Part shown: positions 56,603-64,000 of the stretch, one piece after another | Layout of the letters: each line of letters starts with the position of its first letter | Numbering within the stretch: position 1 is the stretch's first letter | Source: a virus | Direction: 5' to 3' (one strand) | IMG/VR virus record: IMGVR_UViG_3300042691_037870 | Coordinates: 1 to 64,000 of that record | Length of the DNA stretch: 64,000 nt | Translations under genes and position numbers: made by a program | The notes under the pieces: generated by a model | The model's database searches: none | Told to the model about the DNA's origin: nothing | Seen by the model: the letters and a program-made list of their open reading frames with translations, nothing else

Positions 56603-57184
56603 TTAAACTTTAACAGTTTTAACTTTAACATCTTTTTCTTTTTCAATTTCCTTAGCCAGTTCTAAGTTTTCGTGATTGTCATCAAAGAAGATAAAATCAG
56701 AATATCCTTGTTCTACAAGTTGATGAAGCGCTTGCTTTTTTCTTTGTGCAATATTTCCAGTGTACTTATAACGTGGGTCATTAACAGCTATCACTAAACT
56801 AGGATGAATGTCAATTCCATTTTCTAGAAAAAATCGTCGAATCATATCACTATTAGATCTTGCTGTTACAATAGCAACATGAACTCCTTGCTTATAATAA
56901 GCTAATAACTTATCAAGAATCTCAACAATAAATTGAGACTTTTTCAATATTTCGTAATCTTCAAATTCTGAAAATGATAAGCTGGTTTTCTTTGTGGGTT
57001 TAAAAAAATTAAACTGTGAGGGTGTCAAAGTTTTAATAACTTTGTGTGTATTTATATCAAGAACTTGTATCATTGCTGAAGATATGATAAGAGTATCATC
57101 AAGATCAAAGACAGCAAGTTTATCAGACTTTTTACCTTTAATTGTTACTTCATTTATATGATGAATTTCGTTTCCTCTGACCAT
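56603..57184 (-). CDS. HAD-superfamily hydrolase
   Basis: VFDLDDTL, IVTAR, K, FFDDNHENL; the start must overlap the upstream gene (ATG 57184 or TTG 57208). Confidence 0.85.
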   Translation of the reverse strand: MVRGNEIHHINEVTIKGKKSDKLAVFDLDDTLIISSAMIQVLDINTHKVIKTLTPSQFNFFKPTKKTSLSFSEFEDYEILKKSQFIVEILDKLLAYYKQGVHVAIVTARSNSDMIRRFFLENGIDIHPSLVIAVNDPRYKYTGNIAQRKKQALHQLVEQGYSDFIFFDDNHENLELAKEIEKEKDVKVKTVKV

Positions 57185-58539
57185 TCTGAATATGTTTTTT
57201 GTTCGCAATCAAATACTGAAGATATTGAAAAGTAATATGTGCCTTGATTATATAATAGTCCAAAATATGAAGCTGGGATGTAAAACTTAATACCTTCTTT
57301 ATATTTATCATATGAAAACTTAATCTTAGATATATTTGAACTACCTGGAGTGTTCCATACTCCGGTGTGTACCTTAATGGTTTTTCCAATTAGCGCTTCT
57401 TGAGCCTGTGACAATGTATATGTTATATTATTAAGTAACTTAATAGTTGTAGATATCTTTTCATCTAATAATGACGCTGTAATAACATACCCATCACCAA
57501 ATTCATTACCAAATTCAATATACATAGAAGGATTTGGTAAATTAAAAGCATTAGGAGAAATGCTATTATTATTTTTCTTTAAAATACATGTTACTTGATT
57601 AGTTGTTACGTTTGTAACATCAACTATTACATAATCGTCAATAGTTAAACTTCCACAATTACTAGGATATAATAATACGATTGGTGGAAACGTTGCTCCT
57701 TCATTACATTGCACATTAATTGGGGACCCTCCAAAAAATGGTACATTTAATGAATATGAATATCCTGGATCTACTATCTTAACAGATTTTAAACTACCGC
57801 CTTCAAGTATTGGTTCAAGAACTCCATTAAAATTAGGATTGTTTCCCGTTACATCATAAATATCATTAGTAACAGTATCTTCAGATCTTAGACGAAATCT
57901 ATAAGATACTGCTAAATTAGTAGGGTCAGACCAAGAAAATAAAACTTTATCAGTTGTTTGATTAACACTAATATCTAAATTAACAGGCGCTTGTAAATTG
58001 TTATCTGTAAAAATTCTACGATTTGTACAAAAGAATCCTGGATATAACCCTGTCCCACCGTCATCAAGAGATGACATATCACCTTCTGTAATTGCTATTC
58101 TTATCTTATATACTAATTCTTCAGTTGGCCACACATTTAGTCCTGGATATACATCTATAACATTTACCACATATCCTTTTATATAATTAAAATAACTGGT
58201 AAATATGTTAGCATCAGACACAATTGTAAAAGGCTCACCATTCTTAATAAGATTTGATCCAAAGAACCCTTCTGGAGTGTCAAGAGGACCTTCTTGCTCT
58301 AATGTATATCCTACTTCAAGTACATAATAATAGTTTGTACCTGTAGTTCCTTTTTCTTGCGTGATTGAATAAATTAAAGACTTATAAGCGTATTCATAAC
58401 CACTTTGATTAATTTCAGAAGTGTAAATATATCCCTGATTAATTGAATCAGCAGGTGTATTACCATCTTCTATTGGATTAACCACAAGATTAGTTTCAAG
58501 GTCTCGCTGTCTACTTGATTTTTTACTCTGCGGAATCAT
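57154..58539 (-). CDS. Virion structural protein with FN3-like element
   Basis: APVNLDIS...FSWSDP...SYRFRL and YSEWSE; VKIVDPGYSY repeat also seen in the neighbouring gene. Confidence 0.55.
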   Translation of the reverse strand: MIPQSKKSSRQRDLETNLVVNPIEDGNTPADSINQGYIYTSEINQSGYEYAYKSLIYSITQEKGTTGTNYYYVLEVGYTLEQEGPLDTPEGFFGSNLIKNGEPFTIVSDANIFTSYFNYIKGYVVNVIDVYPGLNVWPTEELVYKIRIAITEGDMSSLDDGGTGLYPGFFCTNRRIFTDNNLQAPVNLDISVNQTTDKVLFSWSDPTNLAVSYRFRLRSEDTVTNDIYDVTGNNPNFNGVLEPILEGGSLKSVKIVDPGYSYSLNVPFFGGSPINVQCNEGATFPPIVLLYPSNCGSLTIDDYVIVDVTNVTTNQVTCILKKNNNSISPNAFNLPNPSMYIEFGNEFGDGYVITASLLDEKISTTIKLLNNITYTLSQAQEALIGKTIKVHTGVWNTPGSSNISKIKFSYDKYKEGIKFYIPASYFGLLYNQGTYYFSISSVFDCEQKTYSEWSEETKFII

Positions 58540-61500
58540 ATATAGTTAAAAATGATTTTTTCAGTTGTGTTTTCTTATTACCATTTGTGTCAGTGATAGT
58601 TAATTCTACATCAAAATTACCAGGATATTCAAATGTCCATAATAGTTGTTCATCAATTACTTCAGCTAAAGTAGTTTCACCATCTATAAGTTTCCAATAA
58701 TATTGAGTCTTACCTACGATATCACTTGCATTAGCACTAAGTAAGACAGAAGTACCTGCAGGTAACTTTCCATTATATTTACCTACTCGCGTTTCTTCCC
58801 ATGTATAAACACCACCTATTGCACGGCTATAAGGTAATCTTTCAGATTGTGCTTTTGCTTCTAAGTAATTACTAAATGTAGGACTGTTGCTATAAGAATA
58901 ATTATATGAAAGATCATCAGAAGGATACCATCCTGGAGTTCCGTATGGTGAAGTTCCTTCATATAAATAAGTTTGTGCATATCTATAATTAGTTAAGAAA
59001 TCCTGTAACCCACGTTTAAAAGCACCTACTCGGTTTTCTCCGTAACCAAACCATTTATAGTAATTACCTACAGGGTATGTATGCGCAGTTGTAGTACTTA
59101 TATTAGTAGAACTAATTTGAGGTGGTAAAAATTGAACACCGTTTGTACCTACAAGATACCCTAAGTTATCAGTACTTGGGTTTTTAGCAGAAGCAATAAT
59201 TTGTACGTCCGCGTTTGTAATTGTGCTTACTAACCAAGGAATCGTTATAAACGTATTTGCGGCTGTTATCCACTCAACATTAAAACTACCATTTAATTTG
59301 GTTCCTGAAAGTGGTGTGTCAAGAACAATCTCTCTAATTTTACCGTCTCTAACAAGAAGTTGTAAAACTTTTGCAGGATTTGATGGGTAAGACGGTAGAA
59401 AATCTCCAGAAAGATATTCACCAACTCGTAAGTCACCTGATTGTAAACCTTTAACGTTTTTAATAACATACTTTCCTGAAGTTGTGTCACCTACAAATGT
59501 TGCTTTCTTAGGAATATTTTTATCTACATAAACAACGTTATATCCAGTAAACATTGGATCAACAGTAGATCCAGGTACAACAGATGTAACGGTTGTTGCT
59601 GGTTCAACAAAGTAACCATAGTAAGCATCACCAGGAGATACCAATGCAGAAGTTTTTGTAATGATTGCATCGGGTAATGCATAAGTATTTAAAGCAGATG
59701 CACTTATTTGATCTTGAGTAGCATAAGAAACTAAATAATCATCTGAATAATCATTGTCAACATATAAACCTGAAATGGAACCTCCATAAATAGCATAGTT
59801 AAATTTACTAACACCAGGATTATTTGTTGCATTTAATTCATATAGAGCCTGTGAATATTTTTGTGCTACTGACATACCTCCAATTATACCTTGAAAGTTA
59901 AATGTAGGATATTCATTAAATTTGATACCGCCATTTGAATCAACATTATTAATTACATATCCACACCATAAACTATCAGTAAAATCAAGAGTGTCCCAAG
60001 TATTACCACAAAATTCGGACCATACCATTTCTTTGTAGTTTCTCCAAGTTTGTACACGTGTACCTAAATGCTCTTCAGCATAATCTTGATCAAATGTTTG
60101 CTGACATGCTGTAAAGAAAGTATCACTACGATAAAGTTCCGCGCTTAAATCATCAACAGTAACAAGTGTTCCAATACCGCCATTCCATACTCCAGTATTT
60201 GTGATTTTCATAGAGTATGAATTTGAAACAATCCCATGATCGTAAAACCAATTTGTATGATCTGTTACATAACTTGGACCAAAATTAGTACTTGATAGGA
60301 AAGAACCATTAGCAGGAAACTTATTATAATTTGCATATATTGTTTCATCAGAACCGTTTGTGGCAAAGTATCTTTCTTGTGTTGTAAATTCATCATATTC
60401 ATATTCAAGAAAAATACTCGGTGAAGCTAATGTAGACCAATATGATGAAAGATTAGAATTGAGTTCTGATAATTTACCACCACTAATTCCTAATACATCA
60501 ATTACATAAGCATTACCAGAAAAAATGTTATAAATATCTCCAACATTACTTGTGCTTTCATATGCATGTACAGTTCTAAATATTTGCTTATATATAAGTT
60601 CGGATCCGTCGTATACATATAGTTTAATTCTTGTAAATCCTGGGCGAATTTCATTTAAAGGATTAATCAATATAGATGATGGGTCAAGAATTAACTGACC
60701 TTTATAATCTGATACTTGTTGGCTTTGTTCAAGCACTTCTTTAAATACCCAAGAAGTTGTAATTGGACCCCATACTAAATTACCATTTACATTTACATAA
60801 TCTCTTATTTTGTAAATGCGACCATAAGCACCCGGTTTTTGTAGTACTGCATTTGTAGAACCATTAAAGATATCAAACCCATCAGCATTTCTTGCAGAAA
60901 CAATATTTCTTGCAGAAACAGGAGTATTTCCTTCTTTTGTAATTACTACATTGTTGCCTATTTTTAAACCTGTAGGATTAGTTTCTTCATTATAAATTTG
61001 GTTTCCTGCAACAACGAATGTTCCACCCACTTCTCTTAACACTTCCCATGTGGTAGGACTTTGTGTAAAAGCAAGAGGTGGTACTTGAGATATTTCAATC
61101 TTGGTAATTCCCGGCGATGAATAGTCAGCACTAATAACTTGATAGTTATAAACAACTCCGTCTCTTCTTATATAGATTACATCATTAGGATCATATATAG
61201 GGTCAAGTTTTGGCAAATCATACTGTCCTGCTACCGTAATGGTAGGGTTTATCGTAGACACAGGAACAGTAGTATTATCCGTGTAAGATATAATAGAACC
61301 TTCATAAACATCTTCAGAACTTATCTGTAAGATTTCCATATCTAAACAAGTTGGGAACGTAGGACTATTAATATAAGATAAATCAGAAATACTTAAACTA
61401 TCCCAGTTAATATCATAATCATCCCATCTTGTATCATTAAATGTTATATTAACCCATCTACCTACTGCATTATCCCATGTATATTCAACAGGATTTGGTT

Positions 61501-64000
61501 TATCATTTGGAGTACTTAGCATAAAGCTATTGTCAGAAGGTGGAGTTGGTATTTGTTCAAATTCTTTCCAAGTATCTTTACACTCTTCAACAGTTTTTGC
61601 AATATAAGCAAAGTCAGCTTCAGGCATATACACATCAACAGCTTTTACTTTTATTGCATTTGACTTGGTATTATTTGTATCATAAACATTTAACTCTAAT
61701 GTATACTTACCTGTATATGGTAAAGTTATGGTATGATTAATTAAAGAATCAATTGTATTAATACCTGAACGATAATTGTAAACTGTTCCTGGTACTGTAG
61801 GTTCATCAAGATATGCAAGCCATTCCATTTGGTAAAAATCGCCTCTGCCAATTTCAGCCCAAGTGTATAAACTACTTGTATGTCCGCCATTAGGAGAGAT
61901 TGTAGGTTCTGATGTATAGCCCACACCACCTGCTGTCACAGAAACTCCTTGATGAATATAAATCTTATCTCCTATAGATAAAGATGTTGCGATTGAACTA
62001 CCATCATAACTCAATAAGTACAAGTCATTACCAATAATACTATCAATAATTGTTCCTTCAGGTATATTAGTATCTGATTTGATAATTTTACCAGCTGTGA
62101 TAAAATTTAAACCACCTGCAGGTAATGCTGGAGTAACAGTAATAATATCGTTAAAAGCACCTGGTGATACTGTTGAAGATAAATTTTGTACTTCATATTC
62201 AACAATATTAAGTTTACCACTTCTTAAACTATTACTCACAACAGTTGCACCGAATCCTCCACCTCCATTAACGGTAAATGTAGGAGCAAAGTTGTAATCA
62301 GAACCTTGACTTATAATTTCAACAGCAATAAGATCTCCAGTACCTGCAGGTAATGAATAAACCCAAGCTTTAAGTGTTGCATCATTACTACCTGTAAAAG
62401 TATTCCAAGGATACACTAACTCATCCCAAGTAACATCAAATGTAGTAGACACATTTACAAGTGCACCTACTGGAATATTAGGTGCATCACTATAAGGTTT
62501 AACTGTGTCGGAATCATTAAAGTAACTTATAGGTGCTGATTCATATTCTTTAACAGTAAGAGTTGCTGTTGGTGTTAAGCCTGTAATACTATCCCATAAG
62601 AATTGAATCGTAGGATATGTTGCATATCTTTTACCTAAATCAAAGAGGGTAACTTCTTGTAATTCAAAAGGTATTTCAGTAGCTGCTATTTCAAAACCTA
62701 TTGCATCGACAGGAATTTCATATTGATTACCTACAGGTCTAACAACTGTTCTTTGAGAAAACGTAGTTGGTAAACTCGTATAATTGCTTCCTTGTTGAGG
62801 ACCTGCATTAATCTGTATATCAGTGACAGACCCATTAACATCTACAGCGGTTACTTCAATACGAAACGGTATTTCATAGGAACCACCACTTAATGTTATA
62901 ATATCACCTGCTTGATAATCAGCACCAGCAGGAGTAATTGAATATGAAGCGATTGCCATTGCTTTAACTCGACAACGACCTCTTGCTTGCTGAACAGCTG
63001 ATCCTGGAAAAGTAACTTGTGGGATTTCTCCATAAAAGTTACCACCCGCCCCTGTTACTATTACATCATTAATATCATAATAAGTGGAATAAGGTAAAAG
63101 TGAATTGTCAACTTCAGGTGTAAGTAATCCTCCTAAACGGTCATACGGTCTAAGATCAATAATTTGAGATTTTTTATCATACGTAAAATCAAGTTTCTTA
63201 CCAGAGTTTACAATTAATCTGTCATTTCGATCACTCCAAGAATTAATTGCGTATCTTTCATAATAAACACCTTCACCAGTAATATCAACAATTCTTGTAT
63301 TAAGTGGTAAGAATTTTTCTTTTAAGTAGGCCTTTAAAGCAAATAGCTTAATAAGAACTTCTTCATTGGTGTAGGCAAATGCATCTTCAGTAATTGGGAT
63401 ACCGAATTCATCAGTATCTCCAGAATCACGATTAATGTCATAAAATAAACCAAAAAGATTTGTTTTCTTATAGTGTTTACTTGGTAAAAGATTAATCTGT
63501 TCTGGACTTACCTTTTTATTCTTAAGTTGTAAAGTTATAGGAACTTGACGATATCTATTAAAATAAGTATCATCTGCATTTACATTTAACCAATATTCTT
63601 TAATACGAATATCATAATAACCAAACCAATTAATGATATTTACAAGACCTTTATACGAACCTACATACGGCCATATTTGGTCTCCTTGTAATAGCATTTC
63701 TTTTCTTTTCTGGTTTAACAGAATATAATCAGGATTATCTTCATTAATATCAGAATCTCTTAATATTAATTCTTGGTCAATTGTGATGTCTCTACCAAAG
63801 TTTTCTAAAAGTAATCCTAATCTTTCGTCTTCAGCAATTACTTCACATTCAATAGGGATTTCTAATAATATTGGACTGTAATTGCTAAAAGTAGTATCAG
63901 AGATTTTTAGATACCCTACGTAAGAGCCTTCCACATCAGCTTGAATCCCATAGTTAATTTGTAGTAACCTTTTTTCTAAATCTTCAAACACAATACGTAT
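58523..64000 (-). CDS. Very large baseplate wedge-like structural protein with PKD domains (5' end outside the window)
   Basis: Frame open to the window edge; YVGSYKGLVNIINWFGY; repeated I...G.DY...PT modules; C-terminal WTFEYPGNFDVELTITDTNGN. Confidence 0.6.
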   Translation of the reverse strand: MRIVFEDLEKRLLQINYGIQADVEGSYVGYLKISDTTFSNYSPILLEIPIECEVIAEDERLGLLLENFGRDITIDQELILRDSDINEDNPDYILLNQKRKEMLLQGDQIWPYVGSYKGLVNIINWFGYYDIRIKEYWLNVNADDTYFNRYRQVPITLQLKNKKVSPEQINLLPSKHYKKTNLFGLFYDINRDSGDTDEFGIPITEDAFAYTNEEVLIKLFALKAYLKEKFLPLNTRIVDITGEGVYYERYAINSWSDRNDRLIVNSGKKLDFTYDKKSQIIDLRPYDRLGGLLTPEVDNSLLPYSTYYDINDVIVTGAGGNFYGEIPQVTFPGSAVQQARGRCRVKAMAIASYSITPAGADYQAGDIITLSGGSYEIPFRIEVTAVDVNGSVTDIQINAGPQQGSNYTSLPTTFSQRTVVRPVGNQYEIPVDAIGFEIAATEIPFELQEVTLFDLGKRYATYPTIQFLWDSITGLTPTATLTVKEYESAPISYFNDSDTVKPYSDAPNIPVGALVNVSTTFDVTWDELVYPWNTFTGSNDATLKAWVYSLPAGTGDLIAVEIISQGSDYNFAPTFTVNGGGGFGATVVSNSLRSGKLNIVEYEVQNLSSTVSPGAFNDIITVTPALPAGGLNFITAGKIIKSDTNIPEGTIIDSIIGNDLYLLSYDGSSIATSLSIGDKIYIHQGVSVTAGGVGYTSEPTISPNGGHTSSLYTWAEIGRGDFYQMEWLAYLDEPTVPGTVYNYRSGINTIDSLINHTITLPYTGKYTLELNVYDTNNTKSNAIKVKAVDVYMPEADFAYIAKTVEECKDTWKEFEQIPTPPSDNSFMLSTPNDKPNPVEYTWDNAVGRWVNITFNDTRWDDYDINWDSLSISDLSYINSPTFPTCLDMEILQISSEDVYEGSIISYTDNTTVPVSTINPTITVAGQYDLPKLDPIYDPNDVIYIRRDGVVYNYQVISADYSSPGITKIEISQVPPLAFTQSPTTWEVLREVGGTFVVAGNQIYNEETNPTGLKIGNNVVITKEGNTPVSARNIVSARNADGFDIFNGSTNAVLQKPGAYGRIYKIRDYVNVNGNLVWGPITTSWVFKEVLEQSQQVSDYKGQLILDPSSILINPLNEIRPGFTRIKLYVYDGSELIYKQIFRTVHAYESTSNVGDIYNIFSGNAYVIDVLGISGGKLSELNSNLSSYWSTLASPSIFLEYEYDEFTTQERYFATNGSDETIYANYNKFPANGSFLSSTNFGPSYVTDHTNWFYDHGIVSNSYSMKITNTGVWNGGIGTLVTVDDLSAELYRSDTFFTACQQTFDQDYAEEHLGTRVQTWRNYKEMVWSEFCGNTWDTLDFTDSLWCGYVINNVDSNGGIKFNEYPTFNFQGIIGGMSVAQKYSQALYELNATNNPGVSKFNYAIYGGSISGLYVDNDYSDDYLVSYATQDQISASALNTYALPDAIITKTSALVSPGDAYYGYFVEPATTVTSVVPGSTVDPMFTGYNVVYVDKNIPKKATFVGDTTSGKYVIKNVKGLQSGDLRVGEYLSGDFLPSYPSNPAKVLQLLVRDGKIREIVLDTPLSGTKLNGSFNVEWITAANTFITIPWLVSTITNADVQIIASAKNPSTDNLGYLVGTNGVQFLPPQISSTNISTTTAHTYPVGNYYKWFGYGENRVGAFKRGLQDFLTNYRYAQTYLYEGTSPYGTPGWYPSDDLSYNYSYSNSPTFSNYLEAKAQSERLPYSRAIGGVYTWEETRVGKYNGKLPAGTSVLLSANASDIVGKTQYYWKLIDGETTLAEVIDEQLLWTFEYPGNFDVELTITDTNGNKKTQLKKSFLTIYDSAE

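Noticed and set aside
375-62297. Short plus-strand ORFs in the track and short nested minus-strand ORFs (e.g. 15237..15419, 16096..16281, 57150..57389)
   Set aside because: They are antisense or out-of-frame shadows of longer, motif-bearing genes; only 54934..55601 is credible on the plus strand.
1-64000. Stop-codon reassignment as in some jumbo phages
   Set aside because: Multi-kb ORFs are intact under the standard code, and TAG/TGA end genes exactly at boundaries with the next gene (e.g. 6377, 20764, 3478).

Overview
AT-rich, densely coded segment of a large (jumbo-type) T4-like tailed phage, almost entirely on the minus strand, standard genetic code. The host is probably Bacteroidota: starts are A-rich without Shine-Dalgarno sequences, and a small lipoprotein carries D-(S/T)-T glycosylation-type motifs. 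In transcription order (right to left): (i) ~28-64 kb very large virion/tail/baseplate-type genes, interrupted at 53-57 kb by Fpg/Nei glycosylase, 3'-5' exonuclease, an inverted Zn-finger + SET-domain pair, PhoH and a HAD hydrolase; (ii) ~20.7-27.1 kb T4-like recombination/replication block (RuvC-like, gp32 SSB, gp61 primase, UvsY-like, PD-(D/E)XK nuclease, UvsW); (iii) ~1.3-20.7 kb, the standout: about 26 otherwise unrelated ORFs all begin with the same 10-14 aa leader (consensus MKHI.[TLS]F[EN].F[LIV]NE). It resembles the T4 internal-protein capsid-targeting sequence ending in a prohead-protease site. The tagged cargo includes a Pol-beta nucleotidyltransferase, a HIGH nucleotidyltransferase, a ligase-like protein, a GNAT, a PAP2 phosphatase and probably a ferritin; several ORFs look like polyproteins with internal xNE sites. 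A 13-bp hairpin that covers the first tagged gene's start codon and overlaps a candidate late promoter sits at the entry to this cluster. No tRNA, rRNA, CRISPR or mobile element was recognised. All family calls are from motif recognition by eye; no database search was run.
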